A stretch of DNA of 64,000 nt from Kiritimatiellia bacterium (GCA_050950285.1 JBMNHG010000006.1:417167-481166), one strand, 5' to 3'. Shown: positions 7,332-18,091, counted from the first letter of the stretch. The notes: generated by a model not told the origin, from the sequence alone. Made by a program: numbers and translations.

Positions 7332-10052
7332 GTGAAATTCCACCCCCGCCTTCCTCCTTCCTCCTCCCCGGACGACCGAGCCGATGCCGCGCACGGTTCC
7401 CGCAGCGGAATGGCGTTGATTACGGCCCTGGGCATCCTCGCGACGCTCGTCCTGCTGGCGCTGGCCTTCACCCTGGCGGCCCGCACGGAACGAACCATCT
7501 CGCGCAACGTCCTGCAACGGGCCATGGCCCGCCACTACGCCGATGTCGCGCTGAACCACGCCGCACACCAGACGGCCCTCTTCCAGACCACCAGCCTGGG
7601 CGCCTACGACTTCGAGGAGCTCTTCGAGAACTATCTGGTGGGATTCCCCGCGGAGGCCGCCCCGGACAAACCCCTCCGCAGTCCGCATTGCTTCGGCTCG
7701 TTCAACGACGATCTTTCCGGCCTCTCCTCCGTCCGGCTCGGCCGCCCCTCCGTCACCAACTGGCTCCCGCAAGCCGTCTGGGACGAAGCCACCAACACGT
7801 GGTCCATCTGGCAGCCCATCATTTCGACAAACCGCCTCGGCGATTCCACGTCGCTCACCAACGGCCGCTTCGCCTACCTGGTCGTCGACTGCTCCGGCTT
7901 CCTCGATGTCCACGGTGCGACCAGCAACCATGCCGCCGTCCTGGCGGCGGCCGGAAGCGACTTCGACGCGGGAATCGACTTCTCGCTGCTTCGCGACGAG
8001 AACGGCACGAACCGCTACCACTTCCTGTCGCAGCCCGACTTGAACGCGCGCGGCGCGGCCTGGGGATTCCAGACGCCCGCCTCGAATCTCGTCGCCTGCC
8101 TCTTCGACCCCGGCCCGGACGTGACCGTCACGAACTGGAGCGACCTTGGCGAAAACTCCATCGGGCTGGTCGGGAAGTTCAACCTCTGTCCATGGGACGA
8201 CGCCGGGCTCGACGCCCATCCCTCGTGCCTCGACCTCTCCGCGAAAGGCACGCCCCTTGCGGACTGGCTCGACGTCGTGACCAACCGCCTCGCGATATGC
8301 GGCTACGAGGGGGACGAAGGGCTCGCCGTAGCCTGGAATCTCTTGAACTTCATCGACCGCGACCGCATTCCGCAGGCATGGGATTCGGCGGGGGAGCCCC
8401 TCGATGGCGCCTGGCGCAACGCATGGCCTGTCGAGAACGTGCCGCTCGTGAACGAGTTCGTCGTCATCGAGGAAAGAAGCGAAACGAACACCGTCGACGC
8501 CATCGGGACGTGGAACGGTCCGAGCGAAGAAACGGCGGAGAACCGGCGCGTCCTCTCGCCGGAAGGGTGGACGAACCACTTCTATCGCGTCGCGACGGAA
8601 CTTTGGTATCCCTTCGCGCCGCAGGGTGTCGAGGCGGAGGATGATGCCGGACTCACCGTAGGCATCTACACGAACGCCGGCTTCTTCCCCGCCGTTGGCG
8701 ATTTCGACGACGAAACCCTCCTCGCGCCGCCCGATGTGGGAGGGGGAAGTGCCGGACTGCTCTTCGGAGGCGAAACCGATCCCGGCAAAGACGCCCTGCG
8801 GAGCCTCGAATTCGATCCTGCGGACGAAGCGTCCTGCTTCCAGGTCTTCACCAACCCCGTTCCAGGAAACGCGGGCATCGGCTTCCCCGTCTGGGCCGCC
8901 GTGACCAACTCGTGGGAGCACACCGTCGAAACCGCCGAAGGCCCGGTGACCCTCCCGGCCCAGGCGTACGAGCGTGTCCGGATCTTCCTTCCGCTGGGTT
9001 CCGGAACCTACCCGCGCTACATCGACGCCACCACGCCCCCCGTGGAGACGCCCTACAACAACACCCTGCGTCCGCTCGCGCGCGTGAGCTTCGGGGATTC
9101 CTCCTACACGAACTGGGTGGACGAAGCCCCCGGCTATGGGAATCTCCCTGTCTTCGACGGCGAGGCCGGCCATCGCATCCTCGCCATCGACGACCCCCGC
9201 CACAACGGCGACTCCGCGTTTTGGAAATGGGAGGACGAGGACGAGGACGGCACGTCCGACACCCTCGGCGCCACGAACCGGATCTGCACCGCCTGGACCG
9301 CGGAAACGCACTATGGGCAGGGCCTTCCCCTCATCCACTTCAACGGACGCCTCCGTTCGGCGGGGGACATCGGACACGTCGCTTCCACGGGCATCTGGCA
9401 AAGCGTCTGCCTCGCCGACACCCGCCTGGTGCAATGTCCCGAAGCCGCCGCCGCCGCCGTCTTCGTGCGGGGAAACGTACTCGACTTCTTCACCACCGCG
9501 TCCACCAACCGCCCGGTCTACGGCATGATGTCCTACGGCACGCCGTGGACCAACGTGATCCGCGCCGTGATGGCGGACATCCCCGTTTCCGAATCCCGCG
9601 GCTCCACGAACCTCGTCCCGGCCATCGGAACCGAAAACGGCGCCGACCTTGTCGACTGGATGACCGACTCCTTCCTCGACGCCCGGGAACAGGACGTGAC
9701 GATCGACGGGGAGGAGCAGACGATCTACCCCACCACCTGCGGCGAGCTCGCCTACGTCCTGGGAAAATCCGACCGCTTCCGCGAAGGTCCAAGCGGCTAT
9801 GGCGGGCTCGATGACGACGAGCTCTGGCGCCCCGCCACCAACCGGCTCGACGACCTGCTCAAAGAGGATTTCATCCGCGGCCTGTCGGAGCGCGTGTCCT
9901 TCCGCCAGCGCTTGTACGTGGTCGTGCTGGGCGCGCAGGCGCTGGCGCCGAACGGGCGGGTCGCCTCCGACCAGCGCGCGGTGGCCACCATCGCCGCCGA
10001 CCTCTTCACGGGACGGTGGCGCATCCTGAACTGGGCGTGGCTCACCGAATGA
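7332..10052 (+). CDS. large PilX/GspK-like protein (Verru_Chthon cassette A-like), ~900 aa
   Basis: RSG|MALITALGILATLVLLALAF (no E5, as in PilX/GspK); NGRFAYLVVDCSG; C-terminal YVVVLGAQAL..SDQRAVATIAAD..RWRIL. Start uncertain (GTG 7332 or ATG 7410). Confidence 0.75.
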   Translation: MKFHPRLPPSSSPDDRADAAHGSRSGMALITALGILATLVLLALAFTLAARTERTISRNVLQRAMARHYADVALNHAAHQTALFQTTSLGAYDFEELFENYLVGFPAEAAPDKPLRSPHCFGSFNDDLSGLSSVRLGRPSVTNWLPQAVWDEATNTWSIWQPIISTNRLGDSTSLTNGRFAYLVVDCSGFLDVHGATSNHAAVLAAAGSDFDAGIDFSLLRDENGTNRYHFLSQPDLNARGAAWGFQTPASNLVACLFDPGPDVTVTNWSDLGENSIGLVGKFNLCPWDDAGLDAHPSCLDLSAKGTPLADWLDVVTNRLAICGYEGDEGLAVAWNLLNFIDRDRIPQAWDSAGEPLDGAWRNAWPVENVPLVNEFVVIEERSETNTVDAIGTWNGPSEETAENRRVLSPEGWTNHFYRVATELWYPFAPQGVEAEDDAGLTVGIYTNAGFFPAVGDFDDETLLAPPDVGGGSAGLLFGGETDPGKDALRSLEFDPADEASCFQVFTNPVPGNAGIGFPVWAAVTNSWEHTVETAEGPVTLPAQAYERVRIFLPLGSGTYPRYIDATTPPVETPYNNTLRPLARVSFGDSSYTNWVDEAPGYGNLPVFDGEAGHRILAIDDPRHNGDSAFWKWEDEDEDGTSDTLGATNRICTAWTAETHYGQGLPLIHFNGRLRSAGDIGHVASTGIWQSVCLADTRLVQCPEAAAAAVFVRGNVLDFFTTASTNRPVYGMMSYGTPWTNVIRAVMADIPVSESRGSTNLVPAIGTENGADLVDWMTDSFLDAREQDVTIDGEEQTIYPTTCGELAYVLGKSDRFREGPSGYGGLDDDELWRPATNRLDDLLKEDFIRGLSERVSFRQRLYVVVLGAQALAPNGRVASDQRAVATIAADLFTGRWRILNWAWLTE

Positions 10053-10191
10053 TCCGGCGTCCGCCCGTCCCGCGAACCCTCTGCCCCGCCCTGCCGCCCT
10101 GCCGGAAGCCGTGCTCTTCCCGGCCGATCCGTGCTATCATCGGGTTTTCCCGCACCCTGCCTTTCCCCTCCCCCGCCCGCAGCACGCCGCC

Positions 10192-12655
10192 ATGAACCGC
10201 ATCGAAAAAGTGTCCGCAGCGCGCCTCGCCGCAACCAGCGGCATGGTACTCCTCAAGAACGACGGCCATGCCCTCCCGCTCGCCGCCCCGGCCTCCGGCG
10301 TAACGGTCGCGCTGCTTGGCGCAACCTCGTACGCCTGCCACCGCATGGGCTTCGGCTCGGGCGACATGCTTTCACAGCACGTCGTGCAAATCGACCGCGG
10401 CCTCGCGGACGCGGGCGTACGCCTTGCGCCGGCTTTCGCGGAGCGATACCGGCGCCACCTCCACGACCAGGCGCAGGCCTTCGCCCGCGTGAACCGCGAC
10501 TGGGGCCGCTGGACCTTCCGCTTCCCCGAACCCGACTGGTCCGACGACGACTTCGCGCGCCTCGCGGCAGGCCTGCGTCCCCTTCCGGCGATCGTGACTC
10601 TCGGCCGCTCTTCCGGGGAATCGGTCGACCTCGAAGACGCCCCGGGCTCCTTCCGCCTCCACGCCGAAGAGGAGACGCTCCTGCGGCAGGCCTGTGCGAA
10701 TTTCGACACCGTCATCGTGGTGCTCAACGTCTACGGGGCGATGGACCCCTCGTTCCTCGACCGCCATCCCGTGAAGGCCGTGCTTCTCGCGGGCCTCGCG
10801 GGCGAAACCACCGGCTCCGCCGTGGCGGACGTGCTCACGGGCGCCGCCACCCCCCTCCGGGAAACTCGCCGCGACGTGGGCGAAGAGCTACGCCGACCAC
10901 CCCTCCGCGGACGGCTTCGGCACCTCGGAGGTCGCCTACCGCGAAGGCATCTACGTAGGCTATCGCTACTTCGATTCCTTCGGCGTGGAGCCGCGCTTCC
11001 CCTTTGGATTCGGCCTTTCGTACACGACATTCGCCGTCGCCGCGGGCGCGCCGTCCGCGGAGGGTTCGCGCATCTCGCTCCGTGCGACGGTCGAAAACAC
11101 GGGCGACCGCCCCGGCGCCGAGGTGGTGCAAGTCTACCTCTCGGCGCCGGACGGCAAGCTCGAAAAGGCCCACCAGGAGCTCTGCGCCTTCGCGAAGACG
11201 CCCGTCCTCGCCCCCGGCGGAAGCGTCGCCCTCGACCTCTCCTTCGATATCGAGGACTTCGCCTCCTATTGCGAGGAGTGCGCCTCGTACCTTCTGGAGC
11301 CGGGCGACTACACGATCCGCGTGGGCGTCTCCTCGCGGGACACCCGCGTGGCGGGACGCCTTCGCCTTCCGCGCCGCGTCGTCACCTTGCGGACGCAGAA
11401 CCGGCTGGTTGCGCCCGATTCCCTGCGCGTCCTCTCCCGGCGCGACGCCGCAGGCCGCGCCAGCGCATGCGAAACCCGCGACGCATGCGATGCGCCGGTG
11501 GTCGAACTCGACCCGGAGGCCTTCGCCGCGCGCGACGTCGCCGACCCTGCGGCGACGCCGCCGGAGCCCTTCCGCCGCAGGCCGGGCGACACGCTCGCCA
11601 CCCTGCGCGACGTCGCGGACGGCCTCGCCACGATGGAAGAGTTCGTGGCCCAGTTCTCGAACCTCGAGCTCGCCAGCTGCGTGAACGGGATCCTTCTCGA
11701 CGAAGCCGCCCCGGCAGAGGGCGCGTTCGCCGGCGGAGGAGGCGTGGGCGGCGTGGGCGACTTCCATGGGAAGCTCCGCGGAGAAGGCTCGGAGTTCTGG
11801 CACAGCGGGCGCTACGGCATCCCCGCGAACAACTGCCAGGACGGCCCCTCCGGCATCCGGCTCGCCATCTTCGGCGAAGATCCGGGGCTCGATACCGAGG
11901 CCGCATGCCTGATGGTCTCCTATCCCTCCGCCACCCTGCTCGCCCAAACGTGGGATCCGGCGCTCGCCGAAGCGCTCGGCCGATGCTACGCCTCCGACAT
12001 GGAGGTGGCGGGGCTCGACGGCTGGCTCGGCGGCGGCGTGAACATCCAGCGGAATCCGCTTTGCGGACGAAACTTCGAATACCCCTCCGAAGATCCCTTC
12101 CTCGGCGGAACCATCGTCGGAAGCCTCTGCCGCGGCGTCCAGACGCGAAAAAACGGCGCGCCGTCGGGCCGCTACGCCACGATGAAGCACTTCGCCGCGA
12201 ACAACCAGGAATTCGAGCGCGTCGGCGGGAACAGCCTCGTCCGCGAACGCGCCTTGCGCGAAATCTACCTCAAGGCCTTCCAATGGTGCTTCCGCGTGGG
12301 CTCGCCCCTCGCGGTGATGACCTCGTACAACCGCATCAACGGCGAGTTCGCGGCGACCTCGTACGACCTGCTCGCCGCGATCCTCCGCGCCGAATGGGGA
12401 TTTGACGGCGTCGTGATGACCGACTGGTGGAACGGGGCCGATCCGCTCCGCCACTGCGACGCCGGCGGCGACGTGCAGATGCCCGGCGTCCGCGAGCGCC
12501 GCGACGCCGTCCTCGCGGCGCTCGACGCCGGCGCCATCGATCTCGCGCCGGTGCAAGTCTCCGCCGCCCGCGTGATGCGACTCATCCTCCGGACCTCCTT
12601 CGTGCAACAGGCCGCGCCGGCCGTCCCGGCCGCAGCCGGGCCTTCCACCCGATGA
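10192..12655 (+). CDS. GH3 beta-glucosidase with reversed domain order; +1 frameshift at C6 run 10850-10855
   Basis: GMVLLKND...TPSGKLAATW..YREGIYVGYRYFD..FPFGFGLSYT; then DGPSGIR, QRNPLCGRNFEY, KHFAANNQE, GVVMTDW. Removing one C joins the two ORFs. Confidence 0.85.
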
Positions 12656-14121
12656 ACGACGCCCTGCGAGAACAGCTCTCCCAGCTGCCCGACAAACCCG
12701 GCTGCTACATCTTCCGCGACCGGCATGGGGCCATCATCTACGTGGGCAAGGCCGTCTCCCTCCGCCGGCGCGTGCAAAGCTACTTCCGCGCCTCCACGAT
12801 GGCGCATGGCGCGCCCAAGGTGCGGAGCATGGTCAAGAGCGTCGAAAGCCTCGAATGGATCGTCGTGCGCACGGAGGCGGACGCCCTCCTCACCGAGAGC
12901 GACCTCATCAAGCGCTACAAGCCCTACTACAACATCCTCATGCGCGACGACAAGCGCTACCTCGCGCTGCGCATCGACCCGCACGACCCCTGGCCACGCC
13001 TCGCGGCATGCCGCATCGTGCGCGAGGACAACGCCGAATACTTCGGCCCCTTCCCCTCCGCCGCCGTCGTCCGCACCGTGCTCGACTTCACCGAACGCCG
13101 CTTCGGATTGCGCAAGTGCACGCCCATCGTGCCCGATGCGGAGACCTACCGCCACTGCAACGACGACGTCATCCGCTTCTGTACCGCGCCCTGCGCCGGC
13201 CGCATCTCCAGCGAAGACTACCACGCCCGCGTGCGGGAGGCCTGCGAATTCCTTCGCGGGCGCCGCCCGCAGATCATCGACGAAGTTCGCGCCGCGATGG
13301 AGGCCGCCGCCGCCGGCCTGGACTTCGAGAAGGCCGCCTCCCTGCGCGACTCCCTCTTCGCCCTCAAGGAGATGGTCCGCCGGGGCGGGCGCCCCTCCCC
13401 CAATCCCCGGATCCACCGCATGGACGCCCTGAACGGCATCGCCGAACTGGGGCGCATCCTCCAGCTCCCCGGCCCCGCGAAGGTCATCGAAGGCTTCGAC
13501 ATCTCCAACACCTTCGGCACGCTTTCCGTGGCCGGCATGGTGTGCGCCGTGGACGGGATGCCCGCGCCGAACCGCTACCGCCGCTTCAACATCCGGACCG
13601 TCGAAGGCGCCGACGACCCGCGCTCCATCGCGGAGGCCGTCTCCCGCCGCTACCGCCGCCTGCGCGACGAGGCGCAGCCCTTCCCCGACCTCGTCCTGGT
13701 CGACGGCGGAATCACCCAGCTCCGTTCGGCCCGCGCCGCGCTCGCGTCGCTGGGGCTGTCCATCCCGTCGGTGGGCTTGGCCGAGCGCTTCGAAACGCTC
13801 GTCACCGACGGCATGCCGCCCGGACCCGATCCCGTGCTGGACCCCGGCTCCCCGCCGATGCTGGTGTTGCGCCAGCTGCGCGACGAAGCGCACCGTTTCG
13901 CCGTCACGAGCCACCGGCGCCTGCGCAACAAGCGCATCCGCGAATCGGCCCTCGACGACATCCCCGGCATCGGGCCGCAGAAGAAGAAGCTGCTGCTCCG
14001 CACTTTCGGCTCCGTCTACCGGCTGGCGAAGGCCTCCGCCGAGGACATCGCGGCCGTCCCGGGCATCGGCGGCGAACTCGCCGCCGCCATCCTTCGCGCC
14101 ATCCGCGCCGACGCCCCGTGA
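12652..14121 (+). CDS. uvrC: excinuclease ABC subunit C
   Basis: LPDKPGCYIF..IIYVGKA, GFDISN, PDLVLVDGG, RDEAHRFA, C-terminal HhH (IPGIG x2). Confidence 0.95.
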   Translation: MNDALREQLSQLPDKPGCYIFRDRHGAIIYVGKAVSLRRRVQSYFRASTMAHGAPKVRSMVKSVESLEWIVVRTEADALLTESDLIKRYKPYYNILMRDDKRYLALRIDPHDPWPRLAACRIVREDNAEYFGPFPSAAVVRTVLDFTERRFGLRKCTPIVPDAETYRHCNDDVIRFCTAPCAGRISSEDYHARVREACEFLRGRRPQIIDEVRAAMEAAAAGLDFEKAASLRDSLFALKEMVRRGGRPSPNPRIHRMDALNGIAELGRILQLPGPAKVIEGFDISNTFGTLSVAGMVCAVDGMPAPNRYRRFNIRTVEGADDPRSIAEAVSRRYRRLRDEAQPFPDLVLVDGGITQLRSARAALASLGLSIPSVGLAERFETLVTDGMPPGPDPVLDPGSPPMLVLRQLRDEAHRFAVTSHRRLRNKRIRESALDDIPGIGPQKKKLLLRTFGSVYRLAKASAEDIAAVPGIGGELAAAILRAIRADAP

Positions 14122-14190
14122 CCCGCGGCGCGCCGCGGAAAGGGCCGCGAAAAAACGGCGCGCCGCGATTTGCGCCCGCTGCCGGGCGCG

Positions 14191-16122
14191 TCAGGCGTAG
14201 ATGTCCCCGCGGCGATAGGCGGCCCAGGCCGTCTCGAACCAGGCGTCGGAAGGGGGGATGGGACGGCACTCCACCCAGCGGTGGGACACGCGGCCGGAGG
14301 GTGTCGCCAGCGTTTCCTGCACGCGGGCGCGGAAAGCGGGATCCTCGGGCAGGGCGCGCCAGCCGGGAAGGAGCGGGTGCACGGCCTCGCCCCGTTCGTC
14401 GAGGGCGAGAGCCGATCCGCGGCTTCCCACGCCGCTTTGGAGGGCGAAGCGGATGGCTTCCAGATAGACCGCATGGGCGAAGCACAACTGCAGGTCGCGC
14501 AAGGCCTCGGGGACGTGGCCGGAGCATCCGGCCTTCCTCAGGCGCCGCCATTGCGCCCACGCGGCGGCGACCGCCCCGTCCATCTCGGCGACCGGGCGGA
14601 TGTGCGCGCCGTAGCGCGTCATTCGCTCCCGCAGCTCCGCGCGTTCGTGCTGCCAGGTCGTAGGCGCGGAGGCGGCGCACGCCACCCAGTCACGCAGCTC
14701 CGCGACGGCGGCGCGGGCCTCCTTGCGGGCGGCGGCGCGATCGAGCGTCCACCCGGAACGGCGCGCCGCGATCCATTCGGCCACCCGGAAGCCGCCCACC
14801 TGCCCCGAGTTCAGCGCGGAGCCGCCAGGACGGTAGAGGCCGTGCGACCCGTTCACTTCGCCCACGGGGAAGAGTCCGCGCACGCTGGTCGATTCCCACC
14901 AGGCGTTCGCGGCGAGACCGCCGTTGTTGTGCTGCGCGCAAACCGCGACCTCGAGCGGCTCCTCCGCGAGGTCGATGCCATGGTCGCGGTAGAGTTCCAC
15001 GGCGCCGGGGTTCATGTGGAGCAGGCGCCCGAAAGGGGTGGACTGCGTGGCGCCGGACTTGCGGAGATAGTCCGCGGCCTCGGAAGGGAGTTTCGCGAGG
15101 TCGTAGCCTGCGGGATCGGCGCGGTAGTCGAGGAAGACGCGACGCCCGCGCAGGCGGGTCTCGCGGTAGACGAGAAGATCCACCAGGGACGACCCGCCGA
15201 AGACCTTCCGGACGTCGAAGGGCCACTGGTAGCCTTTGAGGAAGACCATCCCGTGCATGTCGGCAGGCGTTTCAAAGGCTTCCTGCAGGAACTCCTGCGG
15301 CGCGCCCTTCCCGTCCGCAGGCAGGCTCACCACGCGCGGCACCACCTGCATGTAGGTGCCCGAGACGTTCCACCGGAACCCCACGGAGGCGAGCCCGTAC
15401 TGCGATTCGGGAAGCCCCTGCGCACGGGCCCCCGCCTGGAGCGCGAGGCCGATGGCGCCGGTATGGACGGCCGGGTAGACGCTGTCGCGGTAGAGGCCGC
15501 CGGGTCCGCCGACGGCGAAGACGAGGTTCTCGCACAGCCAGGTTTCAAAGCCCCTGCCGCCCGGCGCGGTGGCAATCAGCCCCGCAATGCGGCGGGAACG
15601 CCCTTTCCCCAAGGCGAGCAGACGCACCGCCACGCGTTTTTCGTACACGGGAATCCCCAGCTCGCGCACGCGGCGGAGGAGCGCCTCGCACATCGCTTTC
15701 GACGTGTAGGGCCCGATGGACGTGGCGCGCTGGCGGGGATCGTGGTCCGTCTTGTAGCCGACGAACTGCCCGTATGCATCGCGCGGGAACGGCACGCCGA
15801 GGCCGACGAGATGGTAGAAGGCGCGGGCGGACAGCGCGGCTTCCGCAAGGGCGAGGTCGCCATGCATCCCGCCGCCGGCGGAGAGTTCGGAGGCCATCAG
15901 CGCCGGAGCGTCCGCATCCGTGCCGTAGAGCGAGAGCTTGTAGTAGGTCTGCTTGTCGCTTCCGGTGTTGATCGACGTGCCGCACCGGAGGCCTTCCGAA
16001 AGAATCGCCACGTCCCGCACGCCGCAGGCATGCAACTGGACGGCGGCGTTGAGGCCGGCGGCGCCGCTTCCAAGGACCAGCGTGTGGACAACGTTCGGTT
16101 TCAAAACATCCATGGCGGGCAT
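14191..16122 (-). CDS. FAD-binding oxidoreductase (SdhA/NadB-like flavoprotein family)
   Basis: VLGSGAAG dinucleotide fold, AQHNNGGL, GLFPVGEVNGSHG..RPGGSALNSGQVGG. Start 16122 or 16113. Confidence 0.85.
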   Translation of the reverse strand: MPAMDVLKPNVVHTLVLGSGAAGLNAAVQLHACGVRDVAILSEGLRCGTSINTGSDKQTYYKLSLYGTDADAPALMASELSAGGGMHGDLALAEAALSARAFYHLVGLGVPFPRDAYGQFVGYKTDHDPRQRATSIGPYTSKAMCEALLRRVRELGIPVYEKRVAVRLLALGKGRSRRIAGLIATAPGGRGFETWLCENLVFAVGGPGGLYRDSVYPAVHTGAIGLALQAGARAQGLPESQYGLASVGFRWNVSGTYMQVVPRVVSLPADGKGAPQEFLQEAFETPADMHGMVFLKGYQWPFDVRKVFGGSSLVDLLVYRETRLRGRRVFLDYRADPAGYDLAKLPSEAADYLRKSGATQSTPFGRLLHMNPGAVELYRDHGIDLAEEPLEVAVCAQHNNGGLAANAWWESTSVRGLFPVGEVNGSHGLYRPGGSALNSGQVGGFRVAEWIAARRSGWTLDRAAARKEARAAVAELRDWVACAASAPTTWQHERAELRERMTRYGAHIRPVAEMDGAVAAAWAQWRRLRKAGCSGHVPEALRDLQLCFAHAVYLEAIRFALQSGVGSRGSALALDERGEAVHPLLPGWRALPEDPAFRARVQETLATPSGRVSHRWVECRPIPPSDAWFETAWAAYRRGDIYA

Positions 16123-16676
16123 CAATCCAAATCGATTTCCCCGAAGGCGACGTTGTCGGGCGGCTTCTCTTCGGGCTTCTCGGGCGGCGCGTCCACGACT
16201 TCGTGGAGGCCGGGGACCTTGAATTCCTGGGTCCAGAGCGTCTTGCCGCCCTGGACGCCGGAAAGCCGGATACGGTCGATGACGACATCTTCCTTGGGGC
16301 CGAAGACGCCCTTGCCATAGGTCTCCACCAGCTTCTCCAGCGCAATGGGCACGCGGAAACTGCAATGGAAGTCGAGTTCGTGCACCAGCCGAACGTCCGG
16401 GCGGCGGTATGTGAAGGTCACCGGCTCCACGATCTTCACGGACTGTTTGCCGTCGGAGTCTTTCCAGGGAACTTCCTGGTGGTAGACGCACTCGAAGCGC
16501 AACTGGTCGTAGCCGACCGTGCGGCTCGGTGCCAGGCGGGCATTCACGATCTGGATGCCATCCGCACCGGGCGGATCGAGGGTGAACTCGGCCTCGTCCA
16601 GCCATTCGCCTGCATACACAGGGGCGAACGCGAGGAAGAGACCAGCCCAAAGAGAGGCGCGAAGCAGTGTCTTCAT
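16122..16676 (-). CDS. exported hypothetical protein
   Basis: MKTLLRASLWAGLFLAFAPVYA signal peptide; beta-rich body. Confidence 0.7.
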   Translation of the reverse strand: MKTLLRASLWAGLFLAFAPVYAGEWLDEAEFTLDPPGADGIQIVNARLAPSRTVGYDQLRFECVYHQEVPWKDSDGKQSVKIVEPVTFTYRRPDVRLVHELDFHCSFRVPIALEKLVETYGKGVFGPKEDVVIDRIRLSGVQGGKTLWTQEFKVPGLHEVVDAPPEKPEEKPPDNVAFGEIDLD

Positions 16677-16783
16677 GGGGCGGAGTATAGCAGATGGGAT
16701 TCCGGGGCGCACCCTGCAATTGGACCCGCTTCGCGGCACGGAATCCCATGGCGCGGCACGCCGCGAAGGAACGGCCGCGGGAT

Positions 16784-17425
16784 TCAGGCGGACGCCCGCT
16801 TGGCGGCACGGAAGGAGCGGATCGCGAGGTCGAGCTCGCTCCAGCCATGGCAGCGCCGCACACGCGAGGCGGTGCCGGCGGGAGGAGTCCAGGCGCGGTT
16901 CCACGGACGGTCGAAGACGATCGTGTGGCAGTCGGGACGGCTGGCGAGCACGTCCAGCATGGCGGGGGCATCATCCACCGCGACGTCGTAGCGGACGCGA
17001 TCGAACTCCGCAAGCGTCCAGGACCTTCCCTCTGGCCCGGCGGAAGAGCGGGGTTCGCGACCGTATTTGTCCACGTGGTAGAGCGGCACGTCGGCGAGCC
17101 CGCGGCGGTCGAGCCAGGCACGGGAGAGGGCATGGCTGGCCCAGGGGCGCCCGGTCACGACATCCACGCCCAGGCCTTCGCGAAGCCAGTGGTGGACGAC
17201 GCGCGACATGCCGTCCGCCGCACGGGAGATGCCCAGGATGCCCTCGCCGTGGGCGTGGGCCATCAGGCGTTCGTACTGGGGGATGTCAAGGTCGAAGGAG
17301 GTGCGCAGGTCGAAGGCGCGGATCTCCGAGTAGGGCACGTCGCGGCCGAAGAGCTCGCCTGCCAGGCGTGCGAGCTGGCGCGCCGTCTCGCAGAGGACGT
17401 CGTCGAAGTCGAGGTAGATGCGCAT
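16784..17425 (-). CDS. HAD-superfamily 5'(3')-nucleotidase-like protein
   Basis: IYLDFDDVLC (motif I), VVTGRP, AVDDA, FDRPWN. Confidence 0.8.
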   Translation of the reverse strand: MRIYLDFDDVLCETARQLARLAGELFGRDVPYSEIRAFDLRTSFDLDIPQYERLMAHAHGEGILGISRAADGMSRVVHHWLREGLGVDVVTGRPWASHALSRAWLDRRGLADVPLYHVDKYGREPRSSAGPEGRSWTLAEFDRVRYDVAVDDAPAMLDVLASRPDCHTIVFDRPWNRAWTPPAGTASRVRRCHGWSELDLAIRSFRAAKRASA

Positions 17426-17440
17426 GCCGCACGGGATCCG

Positions 17441-18091
17441 CTAGAGAAAGTGGAACGTCCCGAAGTTCCGGAAATCGTGGAAGTTCGCGCTGGTCGCCGT
17501 GTTCCAGGCCCAGTGCGAGGGCTCGCCGGAATCGTAGTCGATACGGTAGACGTTGGCGCGCCAGGTCGTGCCGGGGAGGGCCCGCTCGTTGCCGAGTCCC
17601 TGGAAGAGGGCGAAGGGGATGAAAAACTCCGCGCTCCAGCCGGAGATCGCGGCGCCGGAGGCCTTGGGGCCGCCGCGGACGGATGTCGCGTGGCGCGTGG
17701 CGCGCGGGCCTTCCCCATGCCAGGGAAGCCAGCCATGGAAGCGTCCCTTGTGGTTCGGCACGACGATGGGAAGTTCGTGGTCGAGGGGCGAGATCTCGTA
17801 CTCGAAATAGATGGTCTGGGCTTCGTCGGTCCAGAGAAAGACTTCGAAAACGTCCTCCGTGAAGAGGTCCAGGTTGTCGCCGTCGAGGGTGGCGGTGAGC
17901 CGCCGGTCCTCGCCGTCGCAAAGGAAATAGATGCCGCTGGGGGAATAGAGGGCCTTGAAGCGGGTGGGATAAGCGGCGGGCCCCTGGCCAACGCGGGAGA
18001 GAGGCTGCCATTCTACGGAGGACCAGGCGGAGGCGGAGCCGTCTCCGGTCACCTCGAAGTCATCCGCAAAGCTCACGTCGAGTTTTTTCAT
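17441..18091 (-). CDS. carbohydrate-binding family 9-like (DOMON-type) protein
   Basis: TRFKALYS, EDVFEVF, YFEYEISP, WSAEFFIPF, WRANVYRIDY, NFHDFRNFG. Confidence 0.8.
   Translation of the reverse strand: MKKLDVSFADDFEVTGDGSASAWSSVEWQPLSRVGQGPAAYPTRFKALYSPSGIYFLCDGEDRRLTATLDGDNLDLFTEDVFEVFLWTDEAQTIYFEYEISPLDHELPIVVPNHKGRFHGWLPWHGEGPRATRHATSVRGGPKASGAAISGWSAEFFIPFALFQGLGNERALPGTTWRANVYRIDYDSGEPSHWAWNTATSANFHDFRNFGTFHFL

Noticed and set aside
14191..16122. sdhA or nadB assignment
   Set aside because: No neighbouring sdhB/C or nadA/C genes and the motifs are divergent, so it was left at family level.
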